Part shown: positions 1 to 12,400 of the stretch, in pieces
Position numbering within the stretch: the stretch's first letter is position 1
Layout: each line of letters opens with the position of its first letter
Origin: Oculina patagonica
Lineage: Eukaryota
Length of the DNA: 64,000 bases
Assembly: GCF_052425735.1 (NCBI RefSeq)
Contig: NC_135761.1
Coordinates: 33,666,001-33,730,000 of the forward strand
Direction of reading: 5' to 3'
Made by a program: the position numbers and the translations under genes
The notes under the pieces: generated by a model
Databases searched by the model: none
Seen by the model: only the letters and a program-made list of their open reading frames with translations
What the model was told of the DNA's origin: nothing

Positions 1-812
1 TGTATACCGTTAAACAAATTGGCAACAGAGTTATCTTCGATTCCTAGCAGCTGTTGTGGTGGTGGTTGTTGTGGGTGTTGCAGCGCTTGAAGCTGTGGTT
101 GCTGCTGTTGAAGGTGCATGGTATTTTGGGCAGCTTGAAAATCAGCAAACAGCTGGTCATAAACGGCGCCAATGGATTCTTCTGGCTGTTGAACCTGTTG
201 CTGAGGGGTCTCTTTTGGTTTCCTTGGCGCCCTAGGCCTCTTGGTTGCCTTTGGGGGTTTACTGCTTTCCTTTCCTATAGGTGTCGAGCGTTTACGCCTA
301 TTTGCCTGTTGAGTTGAAAAATCTTCCGCAATAACTGGATTGGGGCTGCGTTTGCTTTAGTTTTTACTTTGAGGTATTTCACCATCAAAGTACTTTAGCC
401 ACTCGGTATTGATTTCTTCGAGATGTCCCCGCTTTTTACGAGCTTGGTGGTTTCGGAGCTGTATATCTGTGAACTGGTACTGGACGTCGGCGAAGAGAGG
501 TGGTACAGTAAAAGGTGCTTGTTGAAGGTTAACGCAAATTTCGCGAAAACCCTCGTAAGCTTTATTAAGATCGCCCAGATGCGAGAGTACACTAGGTTTG
601 ACATACTCGCTGGCACTTCCGGATGGTTGAACGTGCGCCATAAGTCCCAAGCAGTAGTTGGTTTGGGCGCTGTGCAAATTCCTCCACATTTCATCCATTT
701 TCTCCTCTTCTGTTAGCTTTTTCCCTTGCAGAGGCTCCACCATAGTAAAATCGACAGCGTAAGCCATTGGACTACTTACGACTGTCTGGGTGCTTTGGGA
801 CGAAGCTGACAT
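1..812 (-). pseudogene. Unknown protein gene with K/R/P-rich and Q-rich C-terminal part, one premature stop, running off the window start
   Basis: ATG at 812 opens a 151-aa ORF to TAA at 357-359. The same frame stays open from 356 to position 1 (SKRSPNP...KPPKATKRPRAPRKPK...QQQQPQLQ). No recognisable domain. Confidence 0.45.
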
Positions 813-944
813 GATCTATTTTGCGGGTGACCTAAGCAGTATGCGTTTAATGCGAAACAATTAATGCCGAAAGGGCTTTCGCGACCTGAATTTATTACGA
901 TTTTTTAGCGGGAAAACAGTCTGACTTTTTTTTTTTGCTGAGTA

Positions 945-1068
945 AGAAAGACACACCCCCCGTCCCACCCCTTAGTGCAAGACATCAATATATTTTTATT
1001 ATTGCCACATGAAAACAGAGTGACATTTCAGAGAGCAAGAAAGACACACCCCCATCCCACCCCTTAGT
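945..1068 (+). repeat. Direct repeat of about 32 bp (AAGAMAGACACACCCC-TCCCACCCCTTAGT), two copies
   Basis: Copies at about 945-976 and 1037-1068, upstream of the 812 ORF. They are followed by a region rich in CCAAT, octamer, TATA and CRE (TGACGTCA) motifs at about 1110-1350. Confidence 0.6.
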
Positions 1069-2638
1069 TTGCCTGTAGTGAAATTTAAGTAGTAAAGCAC
1101 GCCCAACGGGCTGGTTACCAATCACAGCACGGTGCATCTCATAAAAAAATTGAATGGACCAATCAGATTGCAGTATTCAGGGATTTGCATAAAAACATGG
1201 CACGAGGTTAAAAAAACTCACAAAGAGTCACGTTCCACGAGTGGAGCCCACGCAAGCTATTGTTTTAGTGGGTATATAATGAGATTCTGTGTAGGGTCCA
1301 CGTTAAGTGACGTCATTAGCAGGAAAAGTGACTACCTCTGAATGACGTCATGGAAAATCGATACTGCATAATTAAATGGTACTTACAGTGAGTAGGTATG
1401 TAGGAATAAGCTTTGAATAACAATAGGGCAAGTTCAGGCAAGCTTTCTTACGTCATACAAACGTGTTGGGGCGAGTCCCAGTCATGGTTACAAGGTAACC
1501 TGAACCAAACGTGTAATGGTAAAAACTATGTTACACACTCACTCAGTTTCACGACAGACACCAGAAATAAGTTTTAAACTATTATATTATACAAGTATCC
1601 TAAATACACAACTGCGGGACGTGTACGCGATCCTAGTGATTCGTGCCCGACTTACGATAATTAAAAACAGTTTACAAATTCGAGTGTGTGCTTTTCGGGA
1701 GGTAAAGTTAGTATGGAGTCACTGTGTGTGCGATCTAATGTATGTATGTAATGGAACGACTATTAACATGGGGACTAAAGCGAGATTACAAAGAAAAAAA
1801 AATTACTCGTCATCGCAACGAACGTTTGTTAAAGAAACGACGCCTTCCAAATGCCTGTTTACAAAATAACGTAAGCCTGTTCTTATGCGCGATGGGTACA
1901 TGTAAACTGCAACTGGAATCATGCGGTCCACTATGGATTATGGATTCGAAGCGAAATATATGTACAAAGTGTAGCAACTCTGCGGAGAAGGCACTGATAA
2001 TCATTGGTAGATCTGGCGAATGAAATGAGAGATAGGCATTGATCATCTCCCATAAGTTAAACCAATCCATTGGAGCGACGGAGAAAGGAAACTGAAAAAT
2101 AACAAACACAATTTTAGTACACACTTTAGTGCGTGTCATTTTTTCGAACGCATGATTACTTACTTCGGGGGTGACACGAATTTTAAAGGCTCTGTCGCTT
2201 TCTTGAAAGGAATTTAAGGCTTTCCAGGCTACTTGGCTACCCTTGGTTTGGAGTTTCCAGTTCTTTTCGTTCCGAGACAATGGGTGCCATAGAACCAGAT
2301 TACTTCGTTTTCATTTCCTCAATTTTCAAATAAGCAACCAATGCGTACTTGACCGAAGACACACACTAGCAAAATGAAGGTCAACCATTGTCATTCAATT
2401 TATACCTTTTATTTGATGAGAAAAAACTATTGGGCAAAAAAATCTTCAATGAATCGGGAAAGTATGACATCAATTTCAAACTTTTGTTTCGTTCTGAATA
2501 AGGAACATGAAAAGCGTTTACGTTTTTTTTCCTAACTTACAACCTTTTTCAACGAAATGAGAAGTGAGAAATGATAAATAACTATAGTATTGGGGCAGGT
2601 ACTATCATCAACAATGTAATTTTAAAAAACAGTGATAC

Positions 2639-3122
2639 CTAGTCTCTGAGAACTCGAATACGCCTGGTTTTATGGCGTGTGACTGGACTGTCTAAAACAC
2701 CAATTTCATTGTCAATTAAACCAAGATGATTGTTGTCATCACTCGAATCAATGTCATGTCCTGGTGTAGACAGAGGAGACTGTACAATAGGAGAAAGTGG
2801 CTGTGTGGAAGGAGATCTCCTCTGGTCCTCCTGTCTATCAGCCGTGGCCAATGCCCACTGAGGAGAAGATGGCGGAGGACCAGTACATGGCTCTCCATTG
2901 ACTCTTGGATTTTTTGGGTGCGAAGACCCTGGGAATCAACTTTTTGCTGCAGTTGTTTTAACATCAATGACAGTTGCGGGCTGCGCCAGGGTGGGGACCT
3001 CACAACCCATGAATCTGCTTGATTTTCTTTGCATTCCTCTTCACTCATAAACCATGGGTCCATTTGCTTCATCATTCACCTTTCTGGCCCTGTGGCAAAT
3101 TTCATTCGGTTGGTAAAGAGCT
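2639..3122 (-). pseudogene. Degenerate last exon of a C14orf93-like protein (often transposon-associated)
   Basis: FMSEEE...WVVRSPPWRSPQLSLMLKQL resembles the C14orf93-family motif MSDEED...WVARPPxFR. There is a TTTTCCAG acceptor near 3122, one stop, and one frameshift near 2910. Confidence 0.45.
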
Positions 3123-3943
3123 GGAAAACGAGTTTGGTGCAAGTGAGTTAAGGCAAGATCCGTGAAAATCTTAGAAGTTAGAAGATACATGTACATTTAT
3201 GAAAAAATACAATCAAACTTTGATAGTTCCTCCTTTAAACAAGTTTATTGGTTAACAAGTGTCATGTGCCTTATTACTAGTACCTATAAATATGAGTGTA
3301 CTATGCAAATGTTTAACAATGACCTTAACAGAAGAATTTGTTACATTCATATTAATTGTCTGGTCTTATTTCAATAAATTTTTAGAGCATCCTATTTTTT
3401 CTCCATGAGTTGTCAGGGCTATGAACCCCACTTCAATTGGAGCCAGAGGCAGTAAAATGTTTTCCTTTTGAGCTAATGTAACAAAAGCTTAAACAGCTCA
3501 AATTATAAGTCTTTAATGTTCACTGCACTGAGTTCAAAATCTTGAGAATGCAAAAACCACAAACAATAATTGATGTTCTATCAGTTATGGAACAACTTTG
3601 TCATTTTGTTTTTAAATTGCATTGTCAGTCTTATCTGATTTCAACAAGAAGCTTATTGACAAGATGTGATGAACCCTTTACAATTTCAAGTTTCCATTTG
3701 CTATTTTGCAGCCCACCTTGCAATGTTTTAGTAGCTTCCAACTACAGTGTAATTGACCATTAAATACAAATTATTTTGAAATGTGACATTGGTATTGTAT
3801 TTGTAAGAAACTGTTTTCTAGGCCTTTGTTTTAAAATCCCACTGTCTATAGTAAATATTGTTTAGCCATTATTCATATTCTTGTTAAGTAAAAACGAGGC
3901 AGCCTGTAATTTAGCTACAAAACCCATTACCTCACATTGTATA

Positions 3944-3996
3944 ACTGACTTACTGACTGACTGTCAGACAGACTCACCGACTGACTGACTGACTGA
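3944..3996 (+). repeat. Imperfect (GACT)n microsatellite
   Basis: actgacttactgactgactgtcagacagactcaccgactgactgactgactga. Confidence 0.7.
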
Positions 3997-4452
3997 GTAC
4001 TGCCTTGAGCATGTCTCTGTCTCTTTTTATAAAACTCTTTTGTACTGGGGGGTGGGGGGAGCAAATTTCTTTCTTAAAAAGGGCTGGGTAAGTAGAGGAT
4101 TTATGTTACTTTCCACTAGAGGGTACTAAATATTAAACAAAACAAACACTATGATTGACTGTCAAAAATGTACAAATCGACACACTTTCTGCCCAGTTTT
4201 TACACTAACAACTATTTAATAACTATGTCAATACCTGGATTTCACAGCCTTTTGTATAACTTATGGACCAGCCATGTATACTTTTGCCTAACAGCAATGT
4301 TACTGGTAGTTATCCTGTGTTTAGTAAATCAAGGAAATGCACTCTCCCAGTGACACATCAAGGTATATATGATAATGAGAACCACCAAACAAACGTTCAA
4401 AATGTTATAACGATCATTAACACCTTTGACTACATTCATTTTCAATTCCTAT

Positions 4453-4616
4453 TACAATGATCTCTCTTTAAAACGGACACCTGAAACTGTCCGTCTTTCA
4501 TTTAGGTGTCTGTCTTATAGGGAGTAACTTTCAGTAAAATGACTAAAACAGCAAACACGGGACCAACACCAAGTGTCTGTCTTATAGAGTTGCCCATTAA
4601 GAGAGAGTTGACTGTA
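4453..4616. mobile_element. Degenerate Tc1/mariner-type MITE
   Basis: Right end GAGAGAGTTGACTG|TA. The left end is degenerate (TA|CAATGATCTCTCTTTAAAACGGACACC). Internal GTGTCTGTCTTATAG repeats. Confidence 0.5.
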
Positions 4617-4626
4617 TTGTCAAATG

Positions 4627-6186
4627 AATAATAATAATTAATGAACTTATATTGCACAAGTATCAATCAAGGATTTTCACTTGCGCATTACAATATTTAT
4701 AAAGATTTATATTACAAAATGGCCCTAAAATTAATAAAAATACTAAAATACATGATAAGTGTAAAATTACAATAAATAAAAAATAAAAATTAGCTTTAAA
4801 ACGTCTTCTGAAACAAATAGGTCTTAAGATACTTTTTAAAACTATTTACAGATAAATGGGAAGTGTTGCGCGGTGTTTTTGGAGTCCTGGCTTGTTTTCC
4901 TTTAGTCACTCACGAGATATAACTCTGGACGGGATTTCTACTTTAACCAAGTTTATTACATTGTGTACTCGTCGGCTTCAGGTATCGATCCTTTCTCTAT
5001 CTCTGTTGTTAACTGCTCTTCTCTGTTCTTAACTTCTCTTCTTACACCCTAAAACGACACTAATATAAACCACGCTCTAGATCCACAACTCTCACTGATT
5101 GGTTAACGTGAATTAAGTAAAGCTTGTGATTGGTTAAACTGTAATGTTTTGGAATGGTAATCTTACATGGCAACGGCGGCGTTCTTTAATCTTGCGCGAA
5201 CCGCGTTCTTACTTTTTGCTGTACGACTTACAATAACTTGCAAATAGATCAGCTTAATGAAACGGCTTATACCCGCGAACATATATGTAAGTTTCCCCAA
5301 ATATCAATCACTGGAATTGATGGACTAAAGCGGGTTTTTCCTTCCGTACGTGATCTACTATCACAATGTTAAATTCAATAACACAAAAGGATCCAAAAGT
5401 AACATGTAAATATTTTGTGGTAACTAGGTAAACTAATTAAAGCGATCCATTGTTCATAGAGTTGAATGGAATCAAAGTTCCACAGTTCGTGCTGGTCAAA
5501 AGACCAGAGTGTCCAGAATTAATTTAAACTAAGTTAAGAACACTTAAGAACATAAATGCTTGTAACTATAAATAGTGATCAGGTTGTTACTTGACTGTTG
5601 GCGCACACAAAAACATTAATTGTTTAGTTTAGTTGGATCAAGCCAAAACAATAGTTGTTTACACAAAGTTCTCAAATCGATCTGGAAACAAAGGAAAAGG
5701 GATTAGAGCGTAGACAAGTTCCCAGCTCGCAAAACAAAATGCAAATTGCTACGAGAACGTGTGCAGAAGTCAGCTACAAATTCTGGCACGTGTATGTTGC
5801 TTAGTAACGATCTGGTCATTGTACGAAAAGTACAAAACACGTTTCTAGTTCAACTAAATAATAAGACTGTTTGTAATTGATTAACACTTGAATCGCCTAG
5901 AATTTAAGAATGTAAAAGCTAATATGAAAATATCTAAAATTGTGTGTCAACAGAAGATCATTCCATAACTTTGGAGCAGCCATATAAAAAGATCTGTCAC
6001 CCAGGGTAATAACCTTGACCTTAAGTTATATCTACCACCAGTATCCCTAACAGATATAAGTTCGGAAATGTAAGGCGGAGCGAGACCATGGATAACCTTA
6101 ATGTTAACAATAAAATCTTAAAGTCAATACGAAACTTGACAGGCAACCAATGGAGTGTTCTAAGCAGAGGCGTAATGAGATAGGAA
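4627..6186 (-). mobile_element. 5'-truncated L2/CR1-clade LINE 3' end, split by a solo LTR
   Basis: Minus-strand peptides HWLPVKFRIDFKILLL, GDRSFYMAAPKLWNDLP and SVNSFKKYLKTYLF are typical of the L2 ORF2 C-terminus. (TTA)n tail at about 4627-4640. Confidence 0.8.
4864..5952 (-). mobile_element. Solo LTR (1089 bp, Gypsy-type 4-bp TSD)
   Basis: TGTTG...CAACA termini, with GAAG duplicated at 4860-4863 and 5953-5956. It interrupts the L2 motif LWNDLP. CCAAT boxes, TATA and AATAAA are in order on the minus strand. Confidence 0.85.
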
Positions 6187-7025
6187 CTAACAAAATTTTC
6201 CTTACATTCAGAGGATTTCTGTCCCTGTTTGTCAAGCATCCTCAAGGTGATTGTGGCATCTTCCCTTTCTCTTATTTCTGACTCACTCAAGCCAGTCCAT
6301 AAATGGCTACCAGGTACATTTTCTTTGTTTGCCTCTGGGTGATCATGAGCTTCCAAATCCGTGGCAGAAGACTGGACTCTGACACTTAAACACTTAAGGC
6401 CAAGTAAAATGATACAAATGATTATAATCCCCCACCGGCTTCATTTTCTGTGGCTGCCTCTTTTTTAATTGCTATTAGAAAAATTCGAATAAACGTTAGT
6501 GGTGTTGCTTTCAATTTTATGACAGCTAAAAATAATGCAAGACATGGCTTCATCTGTGTTTAAACTCAGGCCAAACGTTCAAAGCTAAGTCCATACAGGA
6601 TAGGTCAAATTAACTTGCAGAATTTCTTCAGCGACAAATTTAAAGAAATCTGGGCAAGAAACTTTTTAATTTTTTTCTAATTGGTCTAAAACATAACCTA
6701 ATCATCATACTAAGAACAAGTTACCATTCAAAACTCACCAATTCTGATTGTTGCTGATGACCACCTGTTTCCCTTTTTTTCTGGTACTAAAAATAATGAG
6801 ATAAATTAATAACTTATTTTGAAATGAGATCACAAAAATAGTTTTCCTTGTGCTTTGCCTCGGTTTTTAACTGATGGAGAACGTCACTGCTCCTTTTGTC
6901 AATAAGTTTTTGTGTAAAGTTTACTGGTTAAACTTTTCCATGCTGACTTTCATTCCCTTTAAAACTTGTTTATTCTCTTCAGTAAAGTCGACTTTCTTTT
7001 ACAGAGGGTCTACATAAGTACGATT

Positions 7026-7135
7026 ACCTTATTACATGAAATTTTCGCGACACTTTAATTTCGCGATTCTAAAAAAATCGCGAAATTAAAGTGACGCGAA
7101 CAATAAGTGTCGCAAACATAACATGACGCGAATAG
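7026..7135. mobile_element. Truncated MITE end with TTTCGCGA-rich palindromic subrepeats
   Basis: TACCTTATTACATGAAATTTTCGCGACAC...TTAATTTCGCGAT...ATCGCGAAATTAA. No partner end was found. Confidence 0.4.
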
Positions 7136-7293
7136 CGGTCGAAAATTACTCTAGCTGCCTCGTAGTCGACGTCTTCGATTGGAATCCCGGCATAGCTCAG
7201 CCTGATTAACTTGTCCAATCCTCCGTAAGAAAAAAGATGGCGCGCAATGCATTATAGGTAAATGTACCAAATTAGAATACACAAACAAACAAA

Positions 7294-7659
7294 ATGGCGG
7301 CTGTTGAGACAGAAGTTCTCCTCTCTGAAGACGAAATTCCAGGGGCCAAGTTAGCAAAAGAAATCGAAAGTCTTACAAAATCAGAAGCTCTCAGATGGTT
7401 GAAGAGTTGAGGATGCCACAATTTGAGTCAACTCAATTTAAAAGAGCTGAAAAGCAAGTAAGTCGTAGATCGCGTGAGTGGTATTTCAAGCTGATTTAGC
7501 CGGTGTAACAATTAGTTTTTTATTAAATACATTGGCCAAAATTTTTTCCCCTGTCATTTCTAGAGTCAAATTATGCATCGAAAATGGCTGGGATAAAAAA
7601 ATTTCTAAAGGACCCAGACGGCAAAGTTTTTACGAGAAAAAGAGAAAAGAAAAACTTGG
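7294..7659 (+). pseudogene. 5' part of a SAP-domain / YqaJ-exonuclease-like gene of the ISL2EU element (exons 7294-7457 and 7564-7659)
   Basis: MAAVETEVLLSEDEIPGAKL...LRWLKS*GC...LKELKS, then a phase-matched GTAAGT...TTCTAG intron, then KVKLCIENGWDKK.LKDPDG. It is cut at 7660 by the IS3EU-like end. Confidence 0.6.
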
Positions 7660-9414
7660 TATGGCATCAGATAGGGGACAAAATCAAAACTTTTATTTTG
7701 TGGCATCGAAACTTCTTTTTGTCGTCGAAAACAGTTCTTTGTGTCGTCGAATTTCGCTCTTTATGCCGTCAAATACTGTTCTTTGTGTCTTTGAGTTCCA
7801 ATCTTCGTGCTGTCATGTTCTTTGTTTCGTCATAATTTAGTTGAGTCGTCGTGTTTTTTTAAAGGAGAAGTTCACTCCAGAATGGCCATTTATTTTCTTT
7901 ACGCTAATAAAAAGTTTATACCAAAATATGTAATTCACCAAAATTTCAGCTTCCAACGAGCGCTAAAACCCTACGAAATCTTTCTCTAAGTAGCCCAAAA
8001 TTCGACAACTGAACGCCGCCATCTTGGAGCTAGTAATGTATGCGTGACGTCAAAGAGCTCAGCCTGAAGTTTGAATACTCAAAACTCCTTGTTTTGTTTT
8101 TGTTTGTCAAAATGCCTGTTTGTACAGCTCCATGTTTCTCAAACAGAGCTCCAAGAGATACAAAAAACCATTCACCGTCTTTCAATGTCTAAAAGAAAAA
8201 ATGCTCACGAATGGATTATAAGAATGGGCAGAAACGAAAAATTCCTACCAAAGCGGACATAAATATTTGTGTGTTCCGAAAACTATATAGTCAGGTAGCA
8301 CTATCCTGTGGGAGGCTTAATTTTGAGTTTCGCTAAACTTTTTGAGTAGAAGCAGGAAACAGGGCTTAAAATGTTCGTCTTGTGGTCCTTTTGAAGAATT
8401 TTGCTGTTTCCAGCGTGAATTTTAATTCGTATGGCAATTTAAGGGGGTTCTGCTGAGAGCCTCAATTATTCAACATGGAAACGAGGCTGGATCACGGATC
8501 TTTACAAAACACACCGAAACATTGGCCAAATAGCACAGAAAATCACCATATGCATTTACAACTGAGATTATTATGTTTGAATGAGTTTAAATTTAAATGG
8601 ATGATCACGTGACAGGTCACGTGACTTTTTAATTCAAGTGCATTGAAATTCATTACCTGTAGTCTATGAAAAGTGTGACAGCACCTTCTGGCTCTAAAAT
8701 ACTACAGTTTGCAAAACAATATAATACAGTTATAAGATGCGTATAAGCGACGTTGCCTGTTTCATGTATACATTGTAGCTCAGAAAATATCAACAAGTGA
8801 GATATATGCAAATTAGTTATAGGATGACGTCACTTATAAGGCTGTATGTATCTCAACAAGTAGTTATAAAACAACATCCCAATTTTCAACCCCGTTACTC
8901 CTCCTCCACAGCTACAGGGACCGTGTTTTTACTTAAGCATGTTTTTTTATTCTCATAAAATGTTGAAAAGAAAAATATTTATTGACATTGAGCAAGTTGT
9001 TTATTTCCCCTTTTTTGCCTAAAAATAAAAAAAAGGCCAACAGCAGGCCATGAATACCAGTCAGTGAAAATAAAAGCCATAAATAGCTTTTCTGTGTAGT
9101 AAATTTCATGGCACTGTGAGTTATTTACCTTCAGTTTCTCCGGGAAATCCCCCGCATGAAACTGAGGCTAATATGAAAACGAGGTTAGCATGAAATCGAG
9201 GCTAGACTTGTGGGCGGACATTTTGAATTTCGTTTAACGATTTACGAGGGTTAAAACACAATTCTGTACGTTTAATGCTGGTTGGAACTTCCAGAACACA
9301 AAGATATGTGAGTACTTTAGTAAGAGAATACATTTTTCAAAACGTTTTTAACTCGAAATGTAGAAAAAATTGAAAAAAGGACAGTTCAAAGCACATAACT
9401 AAGGGAGAACTCAA

Positions 9415-12400
9415 ATGGAAGCCGTTGCATCAGTTCCCCTCCCTGTTGGCAGTGACACAGCCTCAACTAGCGACATAAACTGGAAAAAGTGCATTATTTG
9501 CCAAGAAAGCAAGCTGCCAAAGAAAAGGTTTCCACTGTCTAAAGCATCAGTTGAAGGTATTCAGCGAGTGATAGATTGTGTTGACGTGAGGGAAAAATGT
9601 AAAGACTCTAGTTTTAAGGATGCACTGGGAAGATTAAAGGGACTGAAAGAAGTTGAGATCGAGGTAGTTTGGCATAGAGGCTGTTATAGCAGTTTTACAA
9701 ACCAAGAGCATATACGGCGTCTTCAGAAACGTACACCAGATTACACCGAAGGACAATCAAACACATCTTCTGTGTCAAGGAGATCTTCTGTTTCATCTGT
9801 GGACTGGACAAAATGTATGTTTTGTCAGACCGATTCCCTTGGATTAAACCAAGTACAAACAAAGGAGACATCGCAAAAAATCATCAGTAAAGCAGTTTTT
9901 GACGAAGTAATGAGCTGCAGACTGGCAGGTGAAAACAATTTGATAGCGGCAGAAGGCAAATACCATCTGAAATGCTACAGTAAGTTTCTGAGAAGTGTTG
10001 AAAAGAACCCAGGTTGTAAAAAAGGAGAGGGTAATGACGATCTTAAACAGGCATGTTTTGAAGAGGTCATGTCTTTTCTTGAAAAAGGGATTTCTCAAGG
10101 AAATATCTATTCGTTAAAGTCAGTGTGGAGATATTTCTGTTGCAAGTTGCAGTCCAGTTGTAATGTTGATCCAGGCATTTATAGAAGTAATAAGCTTAAG
10201 GAGAAGATCCAGAACTCTCTTGGAGATAAAGTGTCTTTCATTCAGCCTCTAAATCCTGCCGAACCGCTTTTAATTATTTCATCGAATTTAGGTGAAGCAG
10301 CCTTGCACTCTATACTGCAGAATTCAAGAGACAATGAAGTAGAAGATGAACTAAACAATCTAAGCCCTGATACACAGATGAGTACGTATTTTGATACCAT
10401 TTTCCACGACTATACGTTCGCGTATCGGAAATTTCACGGCTGCTCTGCGGCGCTATTAACACTTACCGAAGAGTGGAAAGAAAAACTTGATCAAAGCCAC
10501 TTTATTGGTGCTGCTACACTGGACCTTAGCAAGGCATTTGACTGTATCCCTCACGATCTTCTGTTGGAAAAGCTTAGATTTTACGGACTGGATGAAAGAT
10601 CGTGGTCCCTTCTTCAGAGCTATCTCTCACATCGCTACCAACGAGTCAAACTGGGAAACAGTTTTTCATCGTGGAATGTCGTTCGTAGTGGTGTACCCCA
10701 GGGGTCAATATTAGGACCGCTTCTTTTTAATATTTTTATGAACGATATGGCCTATGCTATAAACGAGAGCAGCTTACTAAGCTTTGCAGATGACACCAAT
10801 CTACATGCCTCAAACGAATGTCCCTGCGCAGTTGAAAACATGATTAACCAAGATCTGTTCAATGCCAGCTCTTGGTTCAAACAAAACGGTATGATCGCCA
10901 ACCCGACAAAATATAACGCCATGGTGTTAGGAAATGCTAGTCAGTGTGACATCAAGATCGAATGTGAGGGTAAAGAAATTCCAGTATCCAAGGAGATAAA
11001 ATTACTGGGCATAACTTTAGACGATAAACTAAAATTTGATTCACACATTGCGGACATTTGTCGCAAGGTGGGGAGCCAAATAAACGCTCTAAGCAGGTTA
11101 AAGAACATTCTACCTTGTAATACGAAGGAATCCTTGTATAGAGCTTTTATTTTACCTTATTTTTCTTATTGTAGTCAAGTTTGGTATCACTGTGGAAGAA
11201 GAAATATAGAAAAACTGGAAAGAACAAATGCGAGGGCCTTGAGATTTGTGTACAGCGACAAGACCTCGTCGTACGAAGCGCTCTTGCGGCGTATCGGATC
11301 AAAATCAACCTTAGAAAATCGTCGCACTCAAGATATGTTATTGACTGTGAACAATATTATTCAAGGCAGGGCACCATCCAGCTTCAAAAATCTTATAACT
11401 GAAAAGAGAACAGCGTACAATCTTCGCGGTAATTTTAATCTTTCCATACCTAAAGTGAACACTACCAGATATGGTCTTAAGTCGTGGCGTTATGCTGCAG
11501 CAAAGCACTGGAACATGCTACCTCGTGATATTCGTTCCATGGCAGGCTCAAAGGACTTTTTGAAAAAGATTAGACAAACTGATTTCAATGTTTAATAATT
11601 ATATTTTATCGCTTTTAGATAGGATTTTTATATTTATATATATATATTTTTTAGGAATCTTAATTTAGCTAGATGGTGTTGTTGTTTGTTTGTTTGTTTG
11701 TTTCACCATTTTAAAATAGTCTGATGTAATACTTTTATACCCTTTGTTTTGATGTAAATACTTTTGTAAATACTAAACTTTTAATCGTGGAGCACCTGTA
11801 AACTAGCTAACAGCTAAGTGTGTACTTTTTTCCACGTTAAATAAAGTATGTATGTATGTATGTATGTATGCTGCAGAAGACGTGGATCTTGACACAGAGC
11901 TGCTAAGTTGGCTTTTTCGAGTAGCTGTTAAGGTTCACCATGACATCAAAGCTACCCCTGGGCATAACTACGTTGGTGGCATTGACATGAAGAATGCGGA
12001 GAAAGTAGTTCCAGAAAGTCTTTACATGCTCATTCGCCTCTTGTGTGCTGGAGACGTGACTGATGACGGCACTGATGAAATGGATGTGGCCATCAAAACC
12101 AAGATACTCAGCATTTGCCAAGATATTATTTTTCTCGTTTCAAAGGGACGCAAACTCACTCCCAAACATGTTGGTCTAGCACTGACTGTGCATCAAGCTA
12201 CAAGGTCAAGAGAACTCGTTGAACTTCTCCATTCAGCAGGACACACTGTTAGCTATGACACTGTACTTCGAATAGACAATGGTATTGCCAACGATGTGTT
12301 AGAGCGGTATCATGATAATGATAAGGTCTTTGTTCCACGCAACTTCATTGATTGCACTGAGAGGTGTTATACACGCTATGCAGTAGACAATATAGATATC

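Noticed and set aside
6021-6356. 111-aa ORF as a gene
   Set aside because: It is a chance fusion of an unidentified exon-like segment with the L2 fragment.
9415-11595. 726-aa ORF as a novel native RT family with a Zn-finger N-terminus
   Set aside because: It is fully explained by a 5'-truncated LINE inserted into the Academ ORF; excision restores SPD|AAED. Kept only as a chimera observation.
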